The notes beneath the pieces are model-generated. The model searched no databases and was not told the DNA's origin. It worked only from the letters and a program-made list of their open reading frames with translations. Of a DNA stretch of 64,000 bases, positions 1 through 12,999 are shown one piece after another; the stretch's first letter is position 1, and every line of letters begins with the position of its first letter. A program made the position numbers and the translations under genes. The stretch spans positions 10,478,001-10,542,000 of the forward strand of contig NC_043007.1 in NCBI RefSeq assembly GCF_006345805.1, written 5' to 3'. The DNA is from Octopus sinensis (lineage: Eukaryota).

Positions 1-145
1 TTCGTGGCGGGCCAGAATGGAGCACTTGCTCTTCCGCTTTCTGTGGAAGGACGCGTCCTGCTGATCAGACAATCCATTTGCAGACAACATTCACTGCATA
101 GAGGACTGAGCATACTGTGGCAAATGATGCGCAGACACGCTAACC
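1..145 (+). mobile_element. Tx1/L1-like LINE ORF2 C-terminal relic (frameshifted)
   Basis: Translates as EHLLFRFLWK / GRVLLIRQSICRQHSLHRGLSIL, resembling the post-thumb FLW.G...R......P...GGL motif of L1/Tx1 RTs. Confidence 0.55.
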
Positions 146-168
146 GCCATTGATTTCTTACATAATAG

Positions 169-789
169 GGATCTTTTCGGTTTGATCGGCAGTTTTTAAC
201 ATAATTTCTATGTAACTAAAAAATTTTAAACTTCGTATACTGGCAGAATGTGTTTATAAAACATCTTTTTCTCTTGGCTTTATTGAGAAAATTCTATAGT
301 TTGTAAGATATTTGTTGTTTTTTTTTCTTCAATATCTACAATTTCAACCAATCAGTGACGTTGGATCTTTTCGGTTTGAACGGCTTTTAACATAATTTCT
401 AGGTAACTAAAAAATTTTAAACTTCGTATACTGGTAGAATGTGTTTATAAAACATCTTTTTCTCTTGGCTTTATTGAGAAAATTCTATAGTTTGTAAGAT
501 ATTTGTTGCTTTTTTTCTTCAATTTCTGCAATTTCAACCAATCACTGACGTCCATTAAGGTAAAAAACATTCTGTGCTGTATGAATATGTCCCTCGTTTA
601 AGAAACAGATTGGGTTTATTTACATTTTTGAAGAAAAAAAGATACCCTTCGCTCCACCCCTAACCCTAACCCTAACCCTAACCCTAAAAGCGATTGAAAT
701 GCAATAGATCGATTCTAGGGTCATAATTATGGGTGACAATTTCATATGACACCGCTAGAAAAAAACTGCCATTCAAACCGAAAAGATCC
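169..789. mobile_element. Non-autonomous TIR element (Merlin-like MITE) with internal telomeric repeats
   Basis: TIR GGATCTTTTCGGTTTGA...; 8-bp TSD CATAATAG at 161-168 and 790-797; (CCCTAA)5 at 658-687; first ~194 bp tandemly duplicated. Confidence 0.8.
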
Positions 790-933
790 CATAATAGTTT
801 ATAGTAACTCCATTATTGTAGGCGCAGGAATGGCTGTGTGGTTAAGAAACTTGATTTACAGCCAAGTGGTTTCCGGTCTGTCCCAGTGCGCGTCTTATAT
901 AGAACTCTTGTGAAAGAATTTGGAAGTCCACCT

Positions 934-1280
934 TGCAATGGCCCAGTGGCTAGGGCAACGGACTCGCGGTCATAGGATCGCGGTTTCGATTCCCAGACCG
1001 GGCGTTGTGAGTGTTTATTGAGCGAAAACACCTAAAGCTCCACGAGTCTCCGGCAGTGGGTGGTGGTGAACCCTGCTGTACTCTTTCACCACAACTTTCT
1101 CTCACTCTTACTTCCTGTTTCTGTTGTACCTCTGTGTCACGCTGAATATCCCCGAGAACTACGATAAGGGTGCACGTGTCTGTGGAGTGCTCAGCCACTT
1201 ACACGTTAATTTCACGAGCAGGCTGTTCCGTTGATTCGGATCAACCGAAACCCTCATCGTCGTTACCGACGGAGTGCTTC
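934..1280 (+). mobile_element. tRNA-derived SINE, family C head with family D tail
   Basis: A-box-like TGGCCCAGTGG and B-box-like GTTTCGATTCC; 3' part matches the tail of the SINEs at 19665-20286. Confidence 0.8.
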
Positions 1281-2033
1281 TTACGTGAGTGCATATTTGT
1301 GCGTTTTATCAGCTTTTGTTTAGTTTACTATTGGCAATATCAGCTTTAAAGAAAAAAGTAAGCGTGTTGAATTGTTCGACTAAACCCGTCAAGGCGGTGT
1401 CTCAGCATGGCCGAAGTCCAATGACTAAAGCAAATAAGATTATAAAAAAGAAGAAAAAACCCCGAGACTGCGAAGGAGCCTCGACGTGACAACAATTCAG
1501 CCAACCAGAAATAGCAACCGAACTTGCATCAACCTCAACTATGATTTTACAAGAACGCATTGGAAAAAGTGGTTTGGAGCGCAGAGTTCTGCACGAATAT
1601 AACATGTTGGTTATAGCTAGAGCGGTTATCTTAAGGCTGCCCTTAAAGTAAACAACAACAAAATCTACATAAATATTGTTAATGACCTTAATCTGCTAAA
1701 CCTGTTTTCAACAGGTTTCATAGAATTTATATAATAGCTGCTTTTACCGAACGAGTTGTTGGTTGTCATTGCTGGTGTTACTACTGTTGTTGTTGTTGTT
1801 GTTGTTGCAGCTACTACTGCTGGGCTTCAAAGGTATTATTAATCAGAACGTAGCAGTATTTTTTCAACACAAACACACACACACAAATACACGCACACAA
1901 ATACACGGTTTTATATATACATATACACACACACACAATAGCATTTATATATATATATATACACACACCACTACTTGACAACGTTATGTGGGTGTCTGCA
2001 TGTGAATTCATGCGGTTCTCTCTCTCTCTTTCT

Positions 2034-2091
<58 letters not shown>

Positions 2092-2143
2092 ATATATATA
2101 TATATATATACATATATATACATACACAATATATATATATTAT

Positions 2144-2188
<45 letters not shown>

Positions 2189-2325
2189 ATATATATATAG
2201 ATATATATATAATATATATATATTATATATACATATATATATCTGTGTATATCTAATCATTAAACACACACACAGATACACATACTTAGATAAATATACA
2301 TATATGGATAACATATATACACCAT

Positions 2326-2370
<45 letters not shown>

Positions 2371-2401
2371 TTATAATATGTATTATTATATATATAATTA
2401 T

Positions 2402-2432
<31 letters not shown>

Positions 2433-2817
2433 GGGGAGAGAGAGAGAAAGAGAGATACGTACAAATATCGAGTGTGTATATACGCAAGCACCTACACACG
2501 AACGCTCACGCATATTTGCATATGTCAATGAATGAATGGGTGTATACATACACATAGGTATGTGTCACTCTTTAAATTAAAGCGATACGTGACATATGGC
2601 CCATAGGTTCAAATTGGATATCGGCTCGCGTTTATTTTTTTTTATTTTTTGGCGGGGGGGGGGATGAAATTTAAGTTTGTTTTATCACACCTGCTAATCA
2701 TATATAAATGAGGATTTCCAGGTGTTAACTTTGATTTTTAATGAAATGTATTCATCCACAACTTTAATTATAAAAACGCCTTGTGTGTATATGTGTGTGT
2801 GCGTGTGTATGTGTGTA

Positions 2818-2851
<34 letters not shown>

Positions 2852-3028
2852 GGAGAGAGAGAGGGATAGATAGTGTATGTGTATGTGTTATATATCTACT
2901 ATATTATGCACTTTGGGTTCGATCCCAGTCCGAGGTAACTTGAGCAAGAGACTTCTATTATAACTCTTAGCTAAGAAACACGTGTAGCCTGGATTTTAAA
3001 TGCTCCATTCTCTCAATTTATATATAAA

Positions 3029-3226
3029 TATTTCTTTACTACCCACAAGGGGCTAAACACAGAGAGGACAAACAAGGATAGACAAAGGGATTAAGTCGAT
3101 TACATCGATCCCTGTGCGAAACTGGTACTTAATTTATCGACCCCGAAAGGATTAAAGGCAAAGTCGACCTCGGCGGAATTTGAACTCAGAACGTAACGGC
3201 AGACGAAATACCGCTAAGCATTTCGC
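3029..3226 (-). mobile_element. SINE family B (partial)
   Basis: Reverse complement of the element at 24533-24766. Confidence 0.85.
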
Positions 3227-3237
3227 CTTATTGAGAA

Positions 3238-3282
<45 letters not shown>

Positions 3283-3588
3283 GCTGTATGTATGTATGTA
3301 TGTATGCATGCATGTGCGCATCACTAAAACTCGAGAACTACCCAACTGATTTCATTCAAATTTTACACATGCTTTACATGGGGTCCTTGCAATGCCATGA
3401 GCCAAAACATTTTCAACTTCTTGCCTAATGCAAGCCCGGAGGATTCTCTTATCTCTTACACTGTTTCGGTTTTGCGTGTCAAAAGTGCAAAAATAACATC
3501 TCTATTGAATTGTGAAATAGTACATTCAGTTTTAATAGCTCCACTATTAATACTGAAACTATTATCTCACTTACATATTATTTATATA

Positions 3589-3631
<43 letters not shown>

Positions 3632-3654
3632 ATATAGAAGAGACTTCTTACAGG

Positions 3655-3715
3655 ACTAGAACTGTTTCATTCAAGAGAGAAGATTTCTCTTGAAGAAACA
3701 GTTCTAGTCCTGTAG
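3655..3715. repeat. Short imperfect palindrome
   Basis: TACAGGACTAGAACTGTTTC ... GAAACAGTTCTAGTCCTGTA. Confidence 0.8.
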
Positions 3716-3818
3716 AAGCTCCTTCTATATAATAAATTAATTTACTCTGCTATGTATTGAGTACCTTAATTACTGTGGTTAACTCCGAATCAACCCGGGA
3801 CCTAACATATATATATAT

Positions 3819-3900
<82 letters not shown>

Positions 3901-3951
3901 TGCGTGATATATGTGTATATACATCTGCACATATATATGTATGTATATATA

Positions 3952-4762
3952 TCTATATATATATAACGGCAGTTGTCTGTCTGTGTGTCTGTGTGTCTGT
4001 CAGGTTGTACCCTCACCCTGACCACGGCTTTCAACCGATTCTGATGAAACTTGACACACACATAGCCCAATGTCATAATTCAAAACTAACGCAGCGAAAA
4101 TTTTGAAAAGTTCCCCCAGTTCTGAAAACAAATCGATAAATTCGACATGGGGTCGAGAAAATAAGCTTTTTATATGCAACACATTTCCTACAGACTGTCT
4201 AGGGGACGGCAACTCGACCTTTTTAACTCTCGGAACACGTGGGGTAAGTATCCCAAAATGTATAAAAATGTACAAAAACGGCAAAAAAGCGGGCAGCAAT
4301 GTGAGTGACAACAACGAAAAAGTCAAAAGTGACCAACTGAACAAACGAATGGAAAAGGTTTTTTTGGTGCACACGACAAAAGCGGTTTATGATAAACCAA
4401 GAGTTTGCAAGTAGCGTCCGAGGACCCTTAGGGACGTCAAAAAATTTAAGGTAAAACGTTTGGGTGGTGGTAGTTATAAAGAAAGTGTAAACAAAAAAAG
4501 TATTCGAATAACTTGCGGCTGCAGCAGCTATTAGCAGAAGTGGCGATGTTGGGGGGTAAAGTCTCGAATGTAATTCTTCCTGGTAGGAATTGGTTGGGTT
4601 GAATTATCGATATCTGTTTGATAGTTATTTGGGAGTGAAGAGAGAAGACATTGCAACCTACACATGCGCCTTCGTTCCCTAGAGGGAAAGGACTAGATTG
4701 GGATTAGTCGTTGCCTACTAGGGGCCCTTACATACCCGGGCAACGCCGTGCTATGCTGCTAG
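3952..4762 (+). mobile_element. Non-autonomous Helitron
   Basis: 5' A|TC, 3' GC-rich hairpin (CCCGGGCAACGCCG) then CTAG|T; 5' ~250 bp shared with 32322-32675. Confidence 0.75.
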
Positions 4763-5019
4763 TATTATATATATGTACAAAAATATGTATGCATGTACAT
4801 ATGTATATATATATATGTATATATAGATCTATATGTATACATGTATATATATATATATATATAAATTTACATATATATATGTATGTGTGTATATGTATGT
4901 GTATGCGTATATATACGAGAGTGTATAAATATATGTATGTATAGTACAATAACTCACGAATACAGTACAATCTACATTTATAGGACCCAAATGACCCAAA
5001 GGACCCGAAGGACGCGAAG

Positions 5020-5370
5020 GCACTACAATCCCAGAGTCACAGGCAGTGAAAGGCTTAGAAATCAGTATGTGCAATGACGCATCATTTAATACGCTCATTA
5101 GCAGCGAAGTGCAGACAACTGGCTGGATGGATATTGAGGTCCTTTAAGACAAGAGACCAAGAAACTATGTTGACCCTGTGGAGAACCTTTGTCCTCAGTC
5201 GCCTGCACTGCTGCTTCCAGTTATGTTCACCACATAGTGCCACACTAACAACGGAACTTGAAGCAGTCCAACGCCACTACACTAAAATGATTTGAACAGT
5301 GCAGCGGATGAGTTATAGGGATAGGCTGAGAAAACTACAGTTTTACTCCCTGGAGCGAAGGTGTGAGAAA
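5020..5370 (+). mobile_element. CR1/L2-like LINE RT C-terminal relic
   Basis: WILRSFKTRDQETMLTLWRTFVLSRL...LEAVQRHYTKMI*...SYRDRLRKLQFYSLERR. Confidence 0.75.
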
Positions 5371-5374
5371 TATG

Positions 5375-5810
5375 CAAGGACTACTTCCGATGTATTCACG
5401 CGATAACATAACGAAAAATGAGGTTTTATTCATGGAAGATGGGGTTCCATGCCACACAGCGAAAAGGAATCAACACTGGCTGACTAAAAATTGGATCAAA
5501 AAGCTTCCTTGGCCTAACATAAACCCAATTAAAAATTTTTGGAGCATACTAGATAGCGCTATACTAATAACTCGAAAGAAACCTAAATCTAAAGATGAAT
5601 TTTTCGATTGTTGCATGAAAAGTGGGCAGAAATTTCACAAGAGACAATCACAAAGCTCATCATTTCAATGCCAAAAAGAGTTTCCGAAATAAAAACTGGA
5701 AAGGGAATGTCAACTAAATACTAAAGTATGTAGTCCTACCTATCGATTATAATTCACTTGTTCACTTTGCGTATTAAATAAAAGATTTTGAAAATTGAAG
5801 GTGTCTATTT
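5375..5810 (+). mobile_element. Tc1-like transposase 3' relic
   Basis: FMEDGVPCHTAK...LPWPNINPIKNFWSILD, a degenerate second D and E region. Confidence 0.7.
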
Positions 5811-5853
5811 ACTTCCTGCATATCTTTGTATATATACATATGTGTGTGTGTAA

Positions 5854-5899
<46 letters not shown>

Positions 5900-6600
5900 T
5901 TATATATATATATATATATATATACATATATATTATTTAATTGAACGCCACGCATCCATTTCTAAGTAAGTTTATCTTAACCTTTTTGATGCGACTCTAC
6001 TCTATACTGTTTTCTTCTCCATCCTTCTCTAATTCCCTTTTCTCCTCTTCACTGTTTTCTATCTGCCTCTGTCCCCCTATTCTCTTTTTCTCTGTCTCGT
6101 TGCTCACACGTGATCATCGTCCAACTTTCTTTTCTTCACGTGACCGTCTTTCTTTTCCTGCGAGACGTTCTAAGGACTGGAGTTTTCTTTCTCTCGTCTA
6201 TCTTTTCTCTTTTTAAAGAAATTATTCCCCACGGCGTTCACTAATTTCTTCTCGTTCTGGTCCTCCTTGTTTGTTTTCGCTCAGTTTTCTTGTATGTCTC
6301 CACTGTCCTGTTTTTGTTCCCAACTTTGACTCTCCATAAAATCCTTCATTTTACTTAAGAATTTATGGGAGCAGCTGTCTTTGAAGAATCATATTGTCGT
6401 TGTATGCTCGAAATGAGAAGTAGATAGATAGCAGACAACTGATGAAGGGTCCTTTGTGTTTATTTGTCCTGTTTACCATTTTTTCCCATTGTTTATGCAT
6501 TGAACTCGCTTGCTTACGCATTTCATGTCATTTGCACTGTTGGGTGGTATCCTGTCCCCATATATGCATGTATATATATATATATATATATCTAATATAT

Positions 6601-6643
<43 letters not shown>

Positions 6644-6670
6644 TATATTTATAATATATATATATATTTA

Positions 6671-6708
<38 letters not shown>

Positions 6709-7224
6709 TATATTTATATATATATATAATATATATTTATATATATATATATGTATATATAAGTAATATATATATATATATAATTATATATATATATTAT
6801 ATATATAATATATTATATATATGGGCAGGGGCTAATTCCAGCTTAGCTATAGTAAGTTGGTAATACTTATACAAATTTTTTTCTTTTATCATGTGGTCCG
6901 AATAAACTTAACCAGTTTACGCAATTTTCATATGTACATATATATATATATATTTGAAGTCCTCTTGTTACAAGAAAGGAAAGAAAGAAAGAGAGAAAGA
7001 AAGGAAGGAAGGAGAGAGAAAGAAGGAAGAAATAAAGGAAAGAAGGGAGAGAGGAAAGCCAACAAATGTTCACCTTTCATATTTGCTTCTTAAAATTGAA
7101 TTGGGACATGCCTGTCATGGGTTTGGTGTTTTACCATATATGCTCTGGCTGTAGATTATATATATGTATATATATATGTATGTATATATATATATATATA
7201 ATATATATAATGTATATGTGGTGT

Positions 7225-7260
<36 letters not shown>

Positions 7261-7608
7261 GTGCGTATGTGTGTGTGTATGTATGTTGTATATACATACA
7301 TTTATATTTATTTCTTTGTATATTTTTGTATGTGTATGCGAGCCTGCACAGGGGGAGAGGAGAGAACCACGTGAAAATAAACGTATAAAGCCGCTAACAC
7401 TCACCAGACAGAGCTCCATTAACTATCAGCTGATTTGATAGTATGCAAAATCAAGTCATAATATTCTGTTTAGCGTTGAGAAACCATAGTAATGATTCAA
7501 GTGCCTAGACATTCGCATCGAAACCGAAACACATTCAAAGATTGTGCCACCGTGAGGCCAACGCACCTCACACGCACACACGCAGACACGCATTATATAT
7601 TATATATA

Positions 7609-7659
<51 letters not shown>

Positions 7660-7787
7660 CTCTTTATAATTAGGGTTCAGAAAAATCAGGGTTCACCACA
7701 TACCGAAGTTTAGAAATGTCATGCCGAATTCTACTTGGTAAAATTACTGATTACTTCTTAATTAATTAATTTTTACCCTTTGTTATC

Positions 7788-7819
<32 letters not shown>

Positions 7820-7865
7820 CATACATGCATACATACATGCATACATACAGAGAGAGAGAGAGAGA

Positions 7866-7906
<41 letters not shown>

Positions 7907-7947
7907 GTACGTTTGTGTATGTGTATGTATGTATGTATGTATGTACG

Positions 7948-8740
7948 TATATTACCCAAAAGAAACCGGAATTTTCAAAATTATCTTATTCACTTAGTTT
8001 TACATGTTTACACTGTATTGCCTTCCAAGTATTCTGCACTTGAAGCAATGCACTCGTCCAGTCACGTTTTCCACTATTCGAAGTGTACTGGAACTGTTGC
8101 GAAGAGATGTCTTGTAACGTCGTCGTTTTAAACTTTGCCTCTTCCACATTTGCAAATTCCGTAGCACCAGCATTCGTCACCAGTGACAAACCTTCGAATA
8201 AAGGTCCGGATCAACTTCCAACTGTTCTTCCAGTTAACGACACGCATTCATTCGTGACTGCTTTTGATCTTCCCTCAGCAAGCGAGGCACAAATTTTGCT
8301 GCAACCCTTTCATTCGCAATTTCTCGCTCAAAACTCGTTGGTAGGAACTCCAGGACATACCAGTCATATCAACAAATTCGTCAGTTGTTCGGTGATGGTT
8401 CCCCCAATTTCTGTTCATGAGTTTTCATGACGTTTTCATTTGTTCTCGAGGTTGACGTTCGCCCTCAACGAGATTTGTCTTCAAGCGACAAGTGACCATT
8501 CCGAAAGCATGGAAACCATTCGTAAGCTTGTGTTTTGCTCATGGCAGCGTCCTTGGGTCAAGACAAAGAATCAGTCTTTCGTGAGGTCCCTGTGGGACTC
8601 CATCTCGTTTGTATGTTGAGGGCGAGAATGAAATCGTTGACCGCTTCGCTTTTCTTCGCAGCGTGATCCATAGCAACATCTGCACTAAGTCTGAAATTTT
8701 AAAATGACTTGGGTGTGTTAGGTCAGTTGTAGACTCACTG
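7948..8740 (-). mobile_element. Decayed, internally deleted mariner
   Basis: MSKTQAYEWF...RVAAKFVPRLL...VTGDECWCYG joined directly to the C-terminus (FANVEEAK...YLEG). Confidence 0.75.
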
Positions 8741-8825
8741 GACACATACATACATACATAGGTACCAAATCCAATATAAACCGGAGATCCGACCAAGGAC
8801 TGGTTACAGGTGCGGTATATGTATA

Positions 8826-9031
8826 AGGCGGCGAAATGCTTAGCGGTATTTCGTCTGCCGTTACGTTGTGAGTTCAAATTCCGCCGAGGTAGACTTTGCC
8901 TTTCATCCTTTCGGGGTCGATAAATTAAGTAGCAGTTACGCACTGGGGTCGATGTAATCGACTTATTACCTATGTCTGTCTTTGTTTGTTCCCTCTATGT
9001 TTAGCCCCTTGTGGGTAATAAAGAAATAGGT
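8826..9031 (+). mobile_element. SINE family B
   Basis: Matches 24533-24766. Confidence 0.85.
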
Positions 9032-9063
9032 ATATGTATAAAAGAAGACAAGTAATGTTTAAA

Positions 9064-9146
9064 ATTTACAACAGTTGTTTCTGAAGGATTCTATTGATGC
9101 ATTCTTACATTACACCATAGCGAAAATCCAGCATCTTCAGGTAAAT
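9064..9146 (-). ncRNA. Type I hammerhead ribozyme core (long stem II)
   Basis: atttac-CTGAAGA-[stem II]-GAAA-C AACT GT-T|gtaaat; perfect 6-bp stem I. Confidence 0.65.
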
Positions 9147-9332
9147 GTTTAAAGACATATGAACTGGTAAAGTGAAACTAGGAAATGACTTATTTACCAA
9201 CTAATATGATAACGATGAATTTTTTTGCCATTTTAGTTGGTAAATAGGGTATTTTCTAAGAATGTACCAATGAACAGTTGTACAAAGCAGTTGTAGTAAA
9301 TTTTAAACTCTACTTGAGCTTTCTTTGAGATA

Positions 9333-9420
<88 letters not shown>

Positions 9421-9442
9421 TATATATATATATATATATATC

Positions 9443-9708
9443 GCGGTCGTAGGATCGCATTTCGATTCCCAGACCGGGCGTTGTGAGTGTTTATTGAACG
9501 AAAACACCTAAAAGCTCCACGAGGCTCCGGCAGGGGCCGGTGATCCCTGCTGTACTCTTTCACCACAACTTTCTCTCACTCTTTCTTCTGTTGGCCTGCT
9601 CGCTTAGCCAGCGGGGTGGCGTCATTCGAAGGCTAAAACAATGCAAACGCATTGTGACCAGCGATGTGTAACTACATCTGATGGACTGGTCGGTCACGTG
9701 ATCACGTG

Positions 9709-9710
<2 letters not shown>
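9443..9710 (+). mobile_element. SINE, family C head with a distinct tail (G)
   Basis: Head matches 934-1130; tail matches the reverse complement of 42137-42260. Confidence 0.8.
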
Positions 9711-9741
<31 letters not shown>

Positions 9742-10768
9742 TGTGTGTGTATGTATATATATATATATATATTTATATTCATATATATATATATATACAG
9801 ATAGACAGATATCCATACACACACATACACACAATGGAGTGGGGTTTTTCTGTGTTAACGTTTGTGGTTGAATAGGTGTGCCTTCGTAAAAGAGACACGA
9901 CCACCCTGTTCATAGAAAAAGACTGTTGCGTGCCCTTCACATGGAGAGGGTTCACGTCTTCCGTACATTTACTCAATATATAAAACCCTATTCTTCTCGA
10001 ATTCTTAACCACCAGCAGCAACGATATCCGAACACATAGTTAAACGCGAGCGCAAACACCTACGTGTATATAAATTTACGTACACTCTCACACAGGTATA
10101 GATATATATATGTACACTCAGTTTGTGTGTGTGAGTGTACAAGTGTACAATATTTTTAGTAAAAGAATAAATAAATATATGATTAATACTGCAATTCGAA
10201 ATGGCCACCAGACGTACAAGGAAATGGAAAGTGTCTGAGAGGCGGATATTCACACGTGAGAAAATACCTTGAAAGAAGTTCAGGTACAAAATTGTTATAT
10301 ATATTAGACCCTACCTTAATACTGTGCGGACTAGATTTTCTGTTGTCAGGTCTTTTATATGTAGGTATCGGGATTTATATTTTCTAAGCGAAATTAACTT
10401 GTATTTGTTAAGTTAGTTAATGTTGTTTACAGCATAACAGGCCTCCGATACGAGAGTATCAGTAATTATATGTTACAAAGGGAAATAACTTATATGCTTT
10501 ATAAAAGTTTATGTTATTGAGGATATTATTAATCACATTTAATTTTAAAAGGTGCAGTCCACCCCATTATGTAAGTATTATGACTGAAAGCTTTGATCCG
10601 GTTATAAGAGGTGTGAACTGAACCGCCAGGGATTGCTCCTGTACATGACAGCTCTCAGCATTAATGATATTATACCAGGTAATGCCCATTAGATAAGTCA
10701 GAACCTCGTTAAATAGTTTCTGGTGGCTAGACGCGTCCCTATACTTTGAGCCTGATATAGTAGTTCAT

Positions 10769-11250
10769 ATGACACCGAAGAGAGCAAGTCTAAAGTTCGT
10801 AGGTTCTATAAATACTACAACAAAAGAAAAAAATATTTACGTAACTGAAATGGAATACAATAGCGTTGTTAACAAATGTGGAAAGGGAAGCGTAACTGTT
10901 TGTGCTGTGAAGTTTTATGTCATAAGGTATTTATATGCAATGAATGCAACGTGATAGGACATTTGTAAGATAGTTGTAAGCAACAAGTTTGCTATTGATA
11001 ATGGTTTATCGTTTAGCTGCAAGGTTCGTAACGCAGTTTGTGCAATACATTGCAATGAGTGTGGCGTGCAATATGTAGGACAAACTTCAAAACAGACATG
11101 GATAAATACATTTGTAAACATTTTAAGGAACCTAGTTCTAGGTTTGAAAATTTTAAAGTACAATTTACTGATAAAATAGGGGATAAAAGCAAAACAGTAA
11201 TTAAAAATATACCAGACAAATGCTTCTGAAGAAAGAAACGTTTTTAGACA
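10769..11250 (+). mobile_element. Penelope-like element GIY-YIG endonuclease relic
   Basis: 11015-11086 encodes SCKVRNAVCAIHCNECGVQYVGQT (N.VY.I.C..C...YVGQT pattern). Confidence 0.7.
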
Positions 11251-11755
11251 GGAGCACTGTGTAGTATTTACTATCCACTATGTGTGAATGGTAGGGTTTT
11301 AAGGTTCTGGAAATGCATCGGGTGAAAGTATTATTCACATCCCATATTAAGAAGACAACCTAACCACGATAGAAGGTTAAATAAGAAAATAAAATTTAGG
11401 TGATTTTGTTCCCTTTTTATACTTAAAATCTATTGGAAAGATTAAAAAGGACACAGCAGATGTTAGGCATTTCTTATCGATAGTTTTTTGCAGTTAGCTA
11501 TCTAAAGCTCCAGAAAAAACCCAAACAGTCAAAGCAGAATACATGGTAACACTTTTCATTAGTAAATCTATTGTTGAGATTAAACACTGTCGTTCTGTAG
11601 GCGACAGATTGGTTAATTAAAGCAGGTTTTTGTTGAGCATTAACTTGAAGAGTTAAAGAAGGTTTTGCCTTGGAACTTGCGATTGAGATAAGTCCAAATT
11701 CTGTTACAGTGGGGTTGGGCATATCCATATGTTGGTTCTAAATATCATTAACGAT

Positions 11756-11931
11756 TACTCTTTTACTTGTTTCAGTCATTTGACTGTGGCCATGCTGAAC
11801 CACCGCCTTTAGTCGAGCCTAGTACTTATTCTATCGGTCTCTTTTGCCAAACCGCTAAGTTACGGCGACGTAAACACACCAGCATCGGTTGTCAAGCGAT
11901 GCTGGGGGGGGGTACAAACACAGACACACAA

Positions 11932-12002
<71 letters not shown>

Positions 12003-12153
12003 TACGACGAGGCTTCTTTCAATTTCTGTCTACCAAATCCACTCACAAGGCTTTGGTCAACCCGAGGCTATAGTAGAAGACACTTGCCCAAGGTGCTACA
12101 CAGTGGGACTGAACCCGGAACCATGTGGTTGGTAAGCAAGCTACTCACCACAC
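11756..12153 (-). mobile_element. SINE family A with internal (CA)/(TA) microsatellite
   Basis: Reverse complement of 32959-33368. Confidence 0.9.
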
Positions 12154-12331
12154 ATTGCATATTTATTCTTAAAGTGTTCAGTAGGCTCTGATGCAAAATA
12201 TTTAAGTTCCTACAGAGTACGACATAGGAAAATAAATTCTCCCTTTTATTACAACAGTCTATTCAAAACACTTGGCTCACTGACGCACTTGGCTCTGGAA
12301 CACAAGTGTTTTGGACCTTTAAGCCGATTTA

Positions 12332-12902
12332 TATTGGGTTGTCCGGAAAGTTCGTGCCGATTTTTAAAGGAAAGAAAAAGGTCAATAAATACTTGCTATT
12401 ACATTTTTAATCAACCAAATATGAACCATTTTGTTGCACAATGCGTCTCCATCTTTCCTTTTTAACTTGAAAATACCCTCTTCCCAGAATTGAAGTGGTT
12501 TCATGGCAAAGAATTCATCAAGGTATCTTTTTACGTCATCCAAGGAATTGAAATTTTTACCATTAAGACGATTCTGTAGAGACCTGAATAAGTGGAAATC
12601 CGAAGGAGCAATATCTGGTGAATATGGAGGGTGGGGTAATACATCCCAGCCGAGCTGCAGCAATTTTTGTCTGGTTCCCAAAGCATCAAGTGCCGAAAAT
12701 GAACTTTCTTATCTTCCATTTTAAAGGGTTACACAATTAACACAGGTTATGGGAACATAAACCTTCTTCCATGAAAAGATAGCTTAAACTGTGCTCTAAA
12801 TGGAAGTGTAGTCAAATCCTATTTTATGGACTCAACCATGTTCTAAAATAAGTCGAAAGGTAAGCTCCTATAAATCGGCACGAACTTTCCGGACAATCCA
12901 AA
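12332..12902 (-). mobile_element. Non-autonomous mariner deletion derivative
   Basis: Both TIRs present (TTGGGTTGTCCGGAAAGTTCGTGCCGATTT); MEDKKVHFRHLML fused to the C-terminal region with HPPYSPDIAPSDFHLF. Confidence 0.9.
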
Positions 12903-12999
12903 ATTTTCAGAGAACAAATTATTTGCTGAACAGTGCGTTTACCTCCAGCCAATAAAATATTGATATAATAACGATATTTAAAATATTGTAAATGAGTAT

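Noticed and set aside
658-687. (CCCTAA)5 as a chromosome end
   Set aside because: It is internal to a TSD-flanked MITE that recurs at 21440-21882.
9960-10290. TATA-like TATATAAAA with a downstream CAG|GT
   Set aside because: Such motifs are expected by chance in AT-rich DNA, and there is no linked gene.
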